The position numbers and the translations under genes were made by a program. A DNA stretch of 64,000 nt from the human T2T-CHM13v2.0 reference genome, Homo sapiens, in assembly GCF_009914755.1 (NCBI RefSeq), contig NC_060926.1; one strand, 5' to 3'. Shown in pieces: positions 41,496-55,700 of the stretch. Under the pieces are notes generated by a model. It had not been told where the DNA came from and searched no databases. It saw only the letters and a program-made list of their open reading frames with translations. The first letter of the stretch is position 1, and each line of letters begins with the position of its first letter.

Positions 41496-42627
41496 GTCAG
41501 TCTCCAAGCCAGTGCATCTTTAGGAGTATGGTAAACATCTTATACCTCAGCTATCTTGGGTGAAGCCCCAAATTAGATGAACAAAGGATTCAATGAACTC
41601 TTAAAGACCTCATCAGTTCTAGGTATTTGTGATACTATATAAAGTTCTTCAAACCCAACACCCGATCACCAGGAACATAAACCAAGGAGGGGTACAAAGA
41701 GCAAGTCTGCAGGAAAATAAAATAAAAGGGCAAATTGTTTGTACTTTGGGGAAAGCAAAGATGGAAAAGAACTTTGAAGCATTTACATTTAGAGCAGTTC
41801 CATTACATCATAAGGGCAGAAGTATTTTATCACACAGCTATTATTGTTTGATCTGTGCCAGTAGGTGAACTTTTAGAGAGCATAGGAGTCCATTTCACAT
41901 AAATCGCACTTTTAGCAAATGCAGAAGCAGGATCCTGCTGAGGACAAAGGAAAAATTCATGATGCAATTCCCACTTATCCTCATGGGTGCCTTTTTACCA
42001 CTAAGAATGAGGAAGAAGAATTCCTTTCCAACACCACTGTAAAAAGAATACTTACAAATTACTCTTCCTCATTGTTTGGACAGTAAAAGCAAGTAATGAG
42101 TCTCACACCACATATCTCGGGTTTTTATAGCCTCGATAACCTATCTGTCTCCTCAGGTATGTTCTCAGTGGCACAGATAACTGAAAAGAGAATAAATGCA
42201 TAGGTTCTTGTGCTCAGGCCTGCCTCCAGGCCATTGCTCCCTGTGGCTTCTCAGGGCCCACAATACACTGCTGGGCATCATCTCTGTTTTCCCAGTGGGA
42301 AAAGAGGTACATGATATTCATTGTGTATTTCTCCTACACTCTGCAGCCAACCATCCTCATCTGTAGAACGTTACACTTCTCTCTCAAGGAACCCCTACTG
42401 CCTATGAAATCACATTTGTTTAATAACTAAAATTCAGATTTAAACACACACAAACATATACACACACAAAGAAAATAGTTTGGATGCCATCTTAGACATT
42501 AGCCTATTTATATGTCATAAACTGTCTGTGTCTCAATCCTTGCTTCTTATAAGGACACCAGTCAAATTCTGGAAACCACTGCCCAACCACACTTTTAACT
42601 CATTCTAGTGAGATATCACCCACTCTC

Positions 42628-43104
42628 TACTAGTTTCTTATCACTGTTGTAACAAGTTACCACAGAGTTAGTTGCTTATACAGCATAAATATATTACCTT
42701 ATAGTTCTGCAGGTCAGAAGTTCAATGCGGGTCTCACTGGTCTAAAATCAGGTGTTGGCAGAGTTTGGGGAGAATCTCTGCCTTTTTCAGCTTCTAGAAA
42801 CTGTCCATATTTCTTGGTTCACACCCCACCCCTTTCTCCGTTTTCAAAGACAGATAGGTTGCATCTCTCTGACACTTTTTCCATTGTCATGTCTCCCTCT
42901 GACTCTCTGATTTTCTCTGTCACTTTTAAGGACCCTTGTAATTAGATTGGGACCACCTGTATAATCCAGGATAATCTTTCCATCTCAAGGTCTTTAACCT
43001 TCATAACATCTGCAAAGTCCCTCTTGCCATGTAAGGTAACATATTCAAAGGTTCTGGGGATTGGTACATGAACATCTTTGGAGGGCCATATTCTGCCTAC
43101 TGCA
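42628..43104 (-). mobile_element. MLT1D-like MaLR solo LTR
   Basis: TTTTAAGGACCCTTGTAATTAGATTGGG...ATAATCCAGGATAATCT...ACATCTGCAAAGTCCC...TATTCTGCCTAC. Confidence 0.85.
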
Positions 43105-43379
43105 GGCTCTGACTAATTTAGCTGTGCATTTTGGTGTCTTCGTTTGCAAAGCCACAGAAAGATATGTAATTACAAGGCAGATTGTTTTTCTTGAACAACC
43201 CAGTGTGGTTTCTTTTACATCATGTAGGGAGAGAGTAGGAGGGGCCTACATTTAGAGCCCCACCGGGTGAGATGTGGGATCTGTCAGAGGATTTTTTTTC
43301 TTGCTCACCCAACCATGCAAACCAGTGGAAGTCTTGATTTCATTTTGGTTAGTCATGATCTCCGATGGGAACCACATTC

Positions 43380-43396
43380 ATGTGTGTATATCTGTA

Positions 43397-43427
<31 letters not shown>

Positions 43428-43428
43428 G
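43380..43428. repeat. (TGTGTA)n simple repeat
   Basis: Direct reading. Confidence 0.85.
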
Positions 43429-43499
43429 AATTTAGGTAAAGCCTTCCAGGAGCCCTCTTTGCCCCCTTAGACTGGATCTGATGTCTCTTGGCTCTCATC

Positions 43500-43660
43500 A
43501 GAGCAGTCATAACACTTTGTTGCATGTGTCTGTCGTCTCATCTGTCAATGTTGGACAACAGGAGGGCAAGTACTCTAACTTGTTTCTGTTGTACTCCCCG
43601 TGCCTAGCACATGGCCTGCCAGGATGTTTAATAAACATTTGCTGAATTAATGAATGCTCC
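43500..43660 (+). mobile_element. L2 3' end
   Basis: GTGCCTAGCACATGGCCTG...TAATAAACATTTGCTGAATTAATGAATG. Confidence 0.7.
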
Positions 43661-45525
43661 ACATCAAATCTCCTATTCATAGTGTTACTAGCCCAGCCTC
43701 TGACATAAGTGAGTGGCCTGGCAGACTACTAAAGATAGAGTAGAAATCTGAGGAGTATTTCCCAGAATTTTAACATTGAATTAATTAAATTGGGAAAATT
43801 CAGAGTTTGTTTTTTTCTCTTGTAAAACAACTTGGCAGACAAATTTTATATATTTGATCATTGAATTTCTAACACAATAGTAAAATCTGCCAATGGTGAA
43901 CCAGGGACACAATGTAGAATTCAGGAAAGCACTTTGATCTAGGATCACAACGCTTGAATTCTGGTTTACGTAGCTGTATGGTTTGGGGCAAGTCATTTAC
44001 CATCTCTGGGATCTTATCCTTATCTCTAAGTGATTCCAGTTGATGCTTAACATAGGTAACGGCCAAGGGCCTTCTCAATGCTGAAATGCTGTCATCTCCA
44101 TGGTCCTGTTATTCTAGTGTGGCGTGACTCATTCTTTCCTAAAGTGTGGAATATGAAATGTAGGTGATCGGTTGGGAGTGGGGTGGATGTGACATGATTT
44201 TAAGTACATAAATGAACATTTTTTAATTTTAACAATGTGTTGAGTGGGCTGAATGCCGTGAGGTACAATCAAGAAATGGCATGGTTTTCATCCCCTACTG
44301 TATCCCATGCACTCTTACAGCTCTCCGTTCTGCTGCTGAATGATAGTCTAGACCAGTTTCATAATTTTTTGAATCATTTTTGGTATTTGAACAGTCTCAT
44401 GCTCATGTATTAAAAACTCCAGTCAAATGAAAACCTAGATTTCAATCTTTCATCCAGTTCAAAGTTTTTGCCCTCCACCATCTGAATCCTTACCCTTGAT
44501 TCTGGAGACCAATAGTAGGAAAAGAGAGTGATGGTTTATTTTGCTTTCCTTGATTCACTGACTCCAATTCATAGTGTTACCACTGACATCCCCAGAGTCA
44601 AGGCCAGGGGAGGGGGATTGGAGGACAACAGAAAGACTGGCTTGCCTGGAACTGGTATAAACTTGCTGTCAGAGGCTTCCCCGGGACAGAGGCCCAACTT
44701 GGTTTTCTCTGGGGGCATTTTTACGGGCCCTTTGGAGATGCTTTCACCCAATCAGCCTCTCTGTCAGGATTTGCTTTTGCTCTCCTCAGCAGGTGAATCT
44801 TGGGTAGCATCCCTTCAAGATGGCTCTAACCCCACTCCTTTCTGGGGCATTGCCCGTGGCTCATGGAAGCTCACATACCTTGCTCTATCTGCCATTTGTA
44901 GAAGGGCAGCTTGCTTGGCCCTGTCTTTGTGTTACTGCCTGGTGGAAGCACCAAGTAACCTCTTGTACTCTGATGCCTTCGGTTGTCCAAGACTCCAGGG
45001 GATGTGACTTGGGCTTCCCCCAAGAATTCACAAATGCTCTGGAGCTTAGCTCCCCAGAGCTTGCATCTGGCTAGGGAGTAAGAAGCCAGCGTCCACATCT
45101 GGCAAGGATCATCATGAGTGGTTTTCTTGGGACCTCCCTTACTTTGCTCAGAGTAGAAGGGGAAGAACCCACAGTATCCTCTAATCCAATGAGATATTCT
45201 CATCCTGATGAATCTTCAACCTTCTCTTTGTAGTCCTAAAGGACAAGCTTGGCCACCTATTAGCACCTTACTTTAGATGACTGGGGCACTTCTCATTCCT
45301 TTTTAAAAGCTTTGAAACTTAGCCAAAATTTTGAGATGACAGGGAAAGTCCCCTTTTACATTTTGTTATGTATTTATTTTGCTGTGTATCAGCATATATA
45401 ACTTAACAAATCTGATTTCATAAATACTGTTTATGATTAGAATAAATACGGAAAGTAGGAGAATTAAAGAGAAAAGTAAATTAATAATAGTATAAGTGGC
45501 TTATAGATATTGCAAAGACATCATG

Positions 45526-45969
45526 TATATTAGGGTTCTCTAGAGGGACAGAACTAATAGGATAGATAGATATATAATAGGGAACTTATTAAGTAGTAAT
45601 AAATCACATGATCACAAAGTCCCACAATAGGTCATCGGCAGGCTGAGGAGCAAGGAAGGCAGTCTGAGTCCCAAAGCTGAAGAACTTAGAGTCTGATGTT
45701 TGAGGGCAGGAAGCATCCAACACAGGAGAAAGATGTAGGCTGAAAGGCTAAGCCAGTCTAGCCTTTTCATGTTTTTTTGTCTGCTTTATATACTGGCAGC
45801 ACTTGCAGCTGAATAGATGGTGCCCACCCAGATTAAGGGTGGGTCTGCCTTTCTCAGCCCACTGACTCAAATGTTAATCTCCTTTGGCAGCACCCTCAGA
45901 GACACACCCAGGATCAATACTTTGCATCTTTCAAACCAATCAAGTTGACACTCAGTATTAACCATCACA
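45526..45969 (-). mobile_element. MLT2A1/MLT2A2 (HERV-L) solo LTR, complete
   Basis: GGGTTCTCTAGAGGGACAGAACTAATAGGATA ... CAATCAAGTTGACACTCAGTATTAACCATCACA; 5-bp TSD TCATG at 45521-45525 and 45970-45974. Confidence 0.92.
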
Positions 45970-46378
45970 TCATGGTAATACTCTGTTGGGCCTTCATGTC
46001 AATGTTAAGTGGGACAGTGCAAGGCTGAGGCAGCATACTCTCCCCTTTCCAGCCCAACTGTGACAAAGAGTGCTTATTCCGAATTAAAGACAACATTTTT
46101 ACTCCATTGTAGCTAATCTACAATGGGACATTTTCTTCTTCAGCTTCACAGTTAAATTTTTCCAAGTGCTCAAACAGTGAGAAAATGCTAATTGCCAAGT
46201 TATAAGAGAATAACCTGTTTACTCTATTGAGATGAAGAATTGTCTTAAAATTATAAAGTGGGTGCTAAATAAGGTGGTCACAATACAGAATAATAAAGCC
46301 CTCTATAATGATCTATAGTTAAAAAAAAGAGATGGTCTGTATCTTCTTTCTTGATTACTTAAAGTAGTATAAAGCAAC

Positions 46379-46737
46379 TGCTATGATCTGAATGTATGCA
46401 TTGCCCTTTCCCAAATTCATATGTTGAAATCCTAAGCCCCAAGGCATAGTATTAGGTGGTGGGACTTTTGGAAGGTGATTAGGTCATGAGGGCATGAGTG
46501 GGATTAGTGGCCTTGTAAAATAATCCCAAAGGAGCTTGTTTGCCCCTTCTGCTATTTAAGGACGCAGCCAAAAGATACCATCTATGAACCAGAAGGCAGG
46601 ACCTTACCAGGCACATAATCTGTCAGAACACATGTTAGACTTTCCAGTCTCCAGAACTATGAGAAATAAATTTATGTTTTGGGAAAGGGACCCAGTCTAT
46701 AGTGTTTTGTCAGAGTAGTCCAAAGGAACCAAGATGG
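46379..46737 (+). mobile_element. MLT1A0-like MaLR solo LTR
   Basis: TGCTATGATCTGAATGT...CAAATTCATATGTTGAAATCCTAA...CTCCAGAACTATGAGAAATAAATTT. Confidence 0.85.
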
Positions 46738-46963
46738 CAGCACGTTGAAAATGTTAAGGGAAGTTTTAAAAATATGAATTTCCATGGAAAAAGAGGCTTT
46801 GTAGGTGAAAGAATGCTGAATCTAGAATAAAAATTCCAGCTTTGCAACTTACCTACAGATAGCATGATCTTAGGCAATTCCCTTGGCCTCCCTAAGCCCA
46901 TCTTTGTAGAATTGCCCTACAGAGCCATACTGGATCTGTGCAAAGATCAAGTAAGATAATGTA

Positions 46964-47651
46964 CAGTCTTGCATCACATAACAACAGCAATACATTCTGA
47001 AAAATGCATCTTTAGATGATTTTGTCATTGTGCAAACATCATAGATTGTACTTATTACAAACCTAGATGGTATAGCCTACTACACACCTAGGCCAAATGA
47101 TATAGCCTATCGCTCCTAGGTTACAAATCTCTACAGCTGTACAGGATGCTGAATACTGGAGGCAATTGTAACATAAGTAGTTGCATATCTAAACATATCC
47201 AAACATAGAAAAAGTACAGTAAAAAATATGGTGTAAAAGAAAAAAGATGGTACACTCGTACAGGGCACTTAGCATGAATGAAGTTCACAGGACTGGAAGT
47301 TGCTCTGGATGAGTTGGTGAGTAGTGAGGGACTACGAGGGCCTAGGGCATTACTGTACACTGCTGTAGGCTTCATAAACACTGTACACCCAGGATACACT
47401 AAATTCATAAAAAACTTTCTTCAAAAATAAATTAACCTTAGTTTACTGTAACTTTTTTACTTTATAAACTTTAAAAATTTTAAAAACTTTTTGGCTCTTT
47501 TGTAATAACACTTAGCTTTAAACAGAAACACATCGTACACTTTACAAAAATATTTTCTTTCTTTACGTTCTTATTCTATAAGCTTCTTTCCTGTTAAAAA
47601 TGTGTTGTTGGTTTTTTGAACTTTTTAGTTAAAAATAAAGACACACACACA

Positions 47652-47701
<50 letters not shown>

Positions 47702-48037
47702 TTAGTCTAGGCCGACACAGGGTCAGAATCGTCAATATCATTGTCTTCCACCTTCACATCTTGTCCCACTGGAAGGTCTTCAGGGGCAGTAACACCCATG
47801 GAGCTGTCATCTATGATGATAACGCCTTTTTCATAGCTCCTGAAGGACCTGCCTGAGGCTGTTTTACAGTTAACACTTTCTTAAAAGTCAAAGGAGTACA
47901 CTCTAAAATAATGACAAAAGTATATTCTAGTAAATACTAGGTGATGGGAATTTTTTAGCTCCATTATAATCTTATGAGACAACCACTGTATATGTGGGCC
48001 ATCATTGGATGAAACGTCATTATACGGTGCATGAGTG
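46964..48037. mobile_element. Tigger3b (MER7/Golem)-like TcMar DNA transposon, copy 1, inserted in a MIR
   Basis: TA|CAGTCTTGCATCACATAAC ... GGTGCATGAGTG|TA with TA TSD; ACAAACCTAGATGGTATAGCCTACTACACACCTAGG hallmark; MIR-like sequence on both flanks. Confidence 0.9.
47641..47700. repeat. (CA)n microsatellite inside Tigger3 copy 1
   Basis: Direct reading. Confidence 0.96.
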
Positions 48038-48314
48038 TATGTGACACAGAAATAATCTAAAGAGCCCAGTGCAGTGCTTTATCAGTCAATAGACAAGAGA
48101 AATTGACCTTAACATTTTTCATTGAGATATAATTTACATTGACAATGGGCCAATTTTAAGGTACAGTTCAATGTGTTTTGACAAATGTATGTAGCCATAT
48201 AACCGACGCCACAATGAAAATTATAGAAAATTGCCACCACCTCAAAATATTCTATTGTATCCCATTGCAATTCCCTCCCTACTCCCACTTTCATTTTTTG
48301 TAGAATTTTATATG

Positions 48315-49385
48315 TAGTCATGCGCCATCTGAAGACATTTCAGTCAAGGATGGGCCACCTCTATGACAGATTATAACGGAGCCGAAACATTTCTATCATT
48401 TAGTATTTACTATACTGTACTTTTTGTCATTATTTTAGAGTATACTCCTTTTATTTATTAAAAGAAAACACCCACATTCACTGTAAAACAGCCTCGGGCA
48501 AGTCCTTCATGAGGCATTCCATAAGAAGGCATTATTATCATACGAGATGACAGGTCCCTGCATGTTTTTGACCCTGAAAATCTTCCAGTGGGATAAGATG
48601 TAGAGGTGGAAGACAGAGATATTGATGATCCTAACTCCGTGTTGGCCTAAACTAATGTGTATATTTGTGTTTTTGTCAAAAAAGTAAAAAATAAATAAAT
48701 AAAAATAGAAAAAACCTTATAGAATAAGAATATAAAGAAAAAATGTTTTCATACAGCTGTACAATGTGTTTGTGTTTAAAGCTAAGTGTTTTTACAAAAC
48801 AGTCAAAAAGTTAAAAAATATTTTAAGCTTATAAAGTAAAAATGTTGAAGTAAGCTAAAGTTAATTTATTATTGAAGAAAGATTTTTAAAATAAATTTAG
48901 TGTAGCCTAAGTGTACAGTGTTCATAAAGTCTACAGTATACTACTGTATACTACATTATACTGTATACTACATATACTGTATACTACAGTATACATATAC
49001 TACATATACTGTATACTACAGTAATGTCCTAGGCCCTCACATTCACTCATGACTTACTCACTGACTCACCCAGAGCACCTTCCGGTCCTGCAAGCTCCAT
49101 TCATGGTAAGTACGCTATACAGATGTATTATTATTTTCTTCTTTTACACCACATTTTTACTGTACCTTTTCTATGTTTGGATATGTTTAGATATGCAAAT
49201 ACTTATTATGTTACAATTGCCTCCAGTATTCAGTACGGTAATATGCTGTACAGGCTTGTAACCTAGGAGCAATAGGCTATACTATTTGGCATAGGTGTGT
49301 AGTAGGCTGTACCATCTATGTTTGTGTAAGTGCGCTCTGTGGTGTTCCCACAACGACAAAATCATCAGTATGGAATGCACGACTG
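48315..49385. mobile_element. Tigger3b-like DNA transposon, copy 2, opposite orientation to copy 1
   Basis: TAGTCATGCGCC...ATGCACGACTG|TA; reverse-complement match to 46964-48037; inserted in L1M. Confidence 0.9.
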
Positions 49386-50145
49386 TAAATGGAATCAAGC
49401 AGTGTATAGTTGTTTGTGTCTAGCTTCTTTCACTTGGCACAGTGCTTCTGATAGTCATCCATGATGTTGCCAGTATCAGTAAGTTCCTTTTTTATTGCTG
49501 AGAACTATTTCATTATGTGGATACATAAATATTTTGTTTCTCCATTCACCACTTGATAGACATTTGTGTGATTTCTAGTTTTTGGCTATCATGAACAAAT
49601 TACTATAATTATTTCAGCATAAGTCTTTGTATGAATATGTGTTTTCATTTTTATTGAGTAAGTACGAAAAAGTGGGATTGCTGAGTTGTCTGGTAAGTCT
49701 GTGTTTAATTTTACAAGAAACTTCTAAACTACTTTCTAAAATGGCCACACCATTTTGCATTTCCACTAGCTGCATATGAAATTTCCAGTTGCTCAACATC
49801 TTTGGCAACACTCAGTGTTATCAGTATTTCTAATTTTAGTTAATCTAGTAGATAGGAAGTAACATCTTATTGTGCTTTTAATGTACATTTCCCTAATGAT
49901 GAGTGATGTTCAGCATCTTTTCATATGATTGTTTCTTGGGTGAATAATCTGTTTGAATCTTTTGCCTATTTGTAAAATGGATTTGTTGTTTCCTTATATT
50001 GAGGTGTAAGAGTTCTTATATTCTAGGTAAATGTTCTTTAGATATATAAATGGAGATTTTGCAATATAATTTCCTGGTCTGTGGCTTGCTTTTTTATTTT
50101 CTTTTGAAATATAAACAGTGTCTTTTGAATTGTAAAGTTTTAATT

Positions 50146-50567
50146 GTAGTTATACCACAGAGGCAGGATGGATCCCCTCCCCAGTTTTGGTTTAGATGTT
50201 GGTTTAGATGTGTGATACCACACATGCACCAAGAATATATGAAAAAGTTATGGCTTGCAGAATGAGACTTTCTTGGGAGAGCAGGGCAGGCTCCTAAGCA
50301 GGTTTAAAAATGGCTTGAGAGAAAGCAAGAAAAGAGTTTGGCTTGGCTTTTACTGTGATTAGGGAATGAGGTTGGGGTGAGAGTTCCTGTGCATGAGAGC
50401 CAGGGCTTGCATATTTTGAACTTCCCGTTGGCAACAAAGGTAGGTGCACCTGGGTTTTCTTATCAGCTAGCCCAGATGTGGGGCAGAGGGGAAGGGGAAG
50501 TGGTGGGGCTTGAAAGATTTCAGCAGTCAAAATCAACCATCCAAATGGAGTCAGGCTCTTTATTATA
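50146..50567 (-). mobile_element. LTR47-like ERVL solo LTR
   Basis: TTTTCTTATCAGCTAGCCCAGATGTGGGGCAG...CAGCAGTCAAA...AAATGGAGTCAGGCTCTTTATTATA matches recalled LTR47A antisense. Confidence 0.7.
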
Positions 50568-50996
50568 GTTTTGATTTTTTAAAAACCAATTTATCATACT
50601 TTTTATGTGGTTCATTATTTTTGTGTGTTCTATCTAAGAAATATTTTCCTAACCAAAATAAAACAATTTTCCCTTATGTTTTCTTCTAGTAGTTTTATAG
50701 CTTTAGATATTACAGTTAAGTCTTTGATCTATTTTGAGTTAGTTTTTGTATATGGCATGAGGTATGAGTCTAAGTGTTTTTCTTCATATGGATGATCAAT
50801 TTTTTCAGGACCATTTATTGAAAAAGACTACCTTTTCCCACACTGAATTTTCTTGGCACCTTTATTGAAAATCTGTTGGCTATAGATATGAGGATCCATT
50901 TCTGGACTGTCTATCTCATTGATTTATATGTTTATATTCACACCAATACTACACCATTTTTACTACTGTAGCGTGTGTCTGTGTGTGTGTGTGTAA

Positions 50997-51122
50997 TTTT
51001 ATTTTTTAGATGGAATCTCACTGTGTTGCTCAGGCTGGCATTGAACTTGTAGGCTTAAGCAATCCTCCTGCCTCTGCATCTCAAGTATCCAGGACTACGG
51101 GTCCACACCACTGTGCCCAGCT
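50997..51122 (-). mobile_element. FLAM (free left Alu monomer)
   Basis: Single ~125-bp monomer, preceded by a short (TG)n. Confidence 0.8.
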
Positions 51123-51473
51123 ATAGTTTTATAACGTGTCTTGAAAATGGTTATCATAATCCTCCAAATTTGTTCTTCTTTCCAGAATAATTTAACTTTC
51201 TATATCTTCTTTTGCATTTCTGTATGTGTTTTAAAATCAGCTTTTCAGTTTCTACAAAGATACCTCTTGGGGTCTGATTGAAATTGCATTGAATCAATAG
51301 ATCAATTTTGGGAGAACTGATATCTTAACAATATTGTGTCTTCTGATATATGAACACGGTTCATCTCTCCATTTATTTAGGTCCACTTTTAATTTGTGTC
51401 AAAAATGTATTATAATTTTCAGTGTAAAATTTTACATACTTTGCATTTTTTCCTAAGATTTTATATACATAGA

Positions 51474-51730
51474 TTTTGAGCTGGAGTGCAGTGGTGCCAT
51501 GTCGACTCACAGTAGCCTTGACTTCCCAGGCTCAATTAATCCTCCTGCCTCAGCCTCCCAAGAAGCTGGGACTATAGGCACATGCCACCACACCTGGCTA
51601 ATTTTTGCATTTTTTGTAGAGATTGCATTTCACTATGCCCAGGCTGGTCTCCGACTCCTGGCTCAAGCAATCCACCCACCTTGCCTTCTCAAATTGCTGG
51701 GATTACAGGTGTGAGCCACCACACCTGGCC
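51474..51730 (-). mobile_element. AluJ with a small deletion near its 3' end
   Basis: CTGGAGTGCAGTGG...GTGAGCCACCACACCTGGCC. Confidence 0.92.
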
Positions 51731-51794
51731 AGAGTTTTATATTTTTGATGTTTTTGTATTAGTATTTTTTTTTTCAATTTCAAATTCAAATTGT

Positions 51795-52593
<799 letters not shown>

Positions 52594-53832
52594 GGTCCCA
52601 ATTATTTGTTGATAGTATGTAGAAATACAATTAATTTTTATTTATCAACTCTGTGTCCTGCAACTTTGCTAAAACTCACTTGTTCTAATAATGCTTGTTA
52701 TTGCTACTATTATTGTTGTGATTAAAATCTACACTATCAATGAGAAAATCATTATCTCATTATCAATGAGATTTAATGCAGGTGTTAGGGCTTTACAAAC
52801 TGTGAAGCACTCTATGAGTATGAGTTATTTTATTAACTATAATAGAAAAATCAAACTTTTATTCTTTTAGGCACCTATGCAGAGGGTTTCTCTGTAGAAG
52901 AAGGCCCAGATAAACTGGGATCTTCGCCATCACATGAGAGCAGTAATGCACATAGGACTCTAACCTACTCATGGGCCAGGCTGCCATCCTTCTCTAACAA
53001 TTGCAGGAAATGGACTTAGATCCCTTTTCCTTAGAGCTCGTGTGTGCCAGCTCCCCTGCTGGGGAAGCCCCTGCATCCTGTCTGCTCTGTATTTGATGCT
53101 TGGTGATAACAGGCCTTCATACTCCAAGAGCTGGGAGCTGCTCAGGACAGAGGTATTTATAGGTTCTCTGGAAATGCCTGCTGAATGTACCCTGGAGGCT
53201 GGCTGGAGAGCTTTCCCTTGCAGCGCTGCTCAGCTCCTGGACTGTTGTCAACGCCAGCAGAGCAGGGTAGAGAGTCTTCTACAGAACCAGGCTCACTTTC
53301 CTGGCTTGCTTTCCATATGCCCATCTACAAAAGACCCTCTTCACCCACTGGCCCTGTTACCGCAAAGCTATAGTTCTATGTAACGGCAGTTAGTGTTAGA
53401 ACAACAGATTTCATTTACCCTTTATGAGGAATTAATTATTCAGTGTTGGTAAATTTATTAAGAATTCTCCATGGGCTGCCAAGAACAAAGCATTAGACTA
53501 GAGCGCAAATTAGATGTGCTGAAATCCATGTATTTATATTCTATTGTTTTCTTAAAGCCATGAACGAATATTATTTCATATGGACATGATATTTCTTTAG
53601 TCCTGTCAAACATTTGATGTATATTTGGTACATTTGAGTTTTTCCTTGTTTCTGTAGACAGCAATGTAACAAGCTAGGCTTCCAGCTATTCCTCAGGGGC
53701 CTTAGCTGAAATCACAGCCCTGATTTTTCCTCTTATGGAACTCATCTTTGCTCCAAATGTCTTCTTGAGCAACACAGAGTTTAGCAATGGGTGAACTCAT
53801 TTTCTTCAAGTTCAAAAATTATTCAGATGTGA

Positions 53833-54205
<373 letters not shown>

Positions 54206-55059
54206 CGCAACTTCTGTTTTTAAGTGGGATATAAATGCTTTAAAGAAGCTTGTTGAAAGGCCTCAGAAGATTTTGTGGACATCAAATAGTTTTTAAAGAA
54301 CATTTTGCTGGTTTAATTATAAGAAAATAGAAAACATGCAGATCAAATTGACCCTAAAACACACGATTTTAAAAATTAAGGGCAAATAATTCTGACAGAA
54401 CACATTTTTCAAATCTAAAACACATGAACAAAATCAGGAGGACTGAGGAATTCAGGTTATATTAATAGCAGTTGGACTAATGATATCAGCCATACAGAAC
54501 TTCCGAGGAGACCACGGGCTGCTTCCCTGTGTTGCCTCGGACCTCATCACCTGGGATCCTGTTTCTCACCTCAGTTTTTAAAATTTTATCCTTTTAAATG
54601 GACCAAATACTAAATCTTTCCCCTTGTCAAGTGTTTGTGTTTTTTTCTTAGATTCTAAAGAAAATTACATGCTCTTTGAATTCCTTAAACATATAGTTTG
54701 TTCCCAAGCAGATTAGGTTCTTGTCTGAAGGAATTTGATGACTTTTACTCTGTTTGGCTTCCTAATTGTCAGAAAACTGGGTGCACCTATGAGTCACATA
54801 ATTAAGAAATCCCAATATTTGCAGCTCCATGACACTGCAGTGTTTAACCATTTTTAGCTGCAGAAACTTTTCTACAAATAGTAGATGTATTAAAAGACAC
54901 CTGCCCTGGTGGGGCTGGGACGGTGTCCCCTCCTCTCCTAGTGATCGTCCTTCTGTTGCGCACAGCTTAGGGCTACTCAGCAGATAACAGATTTGCTCGA
55001 GGTACCTTGTTTCTGTGTGTTTAGTAAGTTTTATGCATGTACTAGTCATTGCCTTTGAA

Positions 55060-55700
55060 AATTATTTGTGAGTGTCTTTCGGGCCTATCATGAAGGTGCC
55101 TTTCTCCAGAGAAGTTTTGCTACTGCCTGGCACTTGTGAGCATTACTAATCCTCGACCACCTTAAACAAGTTCAGGAGTTGAGGCTCCTTGGAAGCTCCA
55201 GGCAAAACAAACCCAGGTGCAAATTCACATCAGGGGTGGCCTGTGGCTATAAAGTCTCAGAGATGGATACTTTTTCTTTCTTTTTCCCCGCTTTCCTTCC
55301 TTTCTCTACCTCTGGATGTATTAGAGGCTAATTGACTTACGGTTGATACTTATTCTGAGGGTGTAGTCTTTGGGCCCCATTTAATGTGAGGAAGGACTTT
55401 TTCCTCAGACTTCCTTCTTGCATTGGCCCTGAGCCTTAACTTCTGCCCACCTCTGCATAAGACCAACAAAGTTCAGCAGATGTCTTCTGCATAAAAGCGT
55501 CTGTGGTGCTCAGGTCTTGCTTTCCTCTCTTGCTTCCCTCTTTCTCTTAGGTTTGGGCCTGGTAGTTCCTTACAGCTTTGTCAGCTTGTTGACATTTTTG
55601 TGAAACTTTTTAAATTAATGTTTTATTATATATTTTTAGTTTTTTTCTGCAGGAGATTTCATCTGAAAAAACCTGTCTCACCATCTCTGAAAATAGAACT
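55060..55700 (-). mobile_element. Ancient L1ME/HAL1-type 5' region (tentative)
   Basis: General similarity to recalled antisense L1ME/HAL1 5' ends (TATTCTGAGGGTGTAG...; TTTTTAGTTTTTTTCTGCAGGAG...CCATCT). Confidence 0.4.

Noticed and set aside
44528-45007. 159-aa + strand ORF
   Set aside because: No recognisable homology or coding signature.
52754-52772. ATCTCATT-ATC-AATGAGAT palindrome
   Set aside because: 8-bp arms are within chance expectation for this length and composition.
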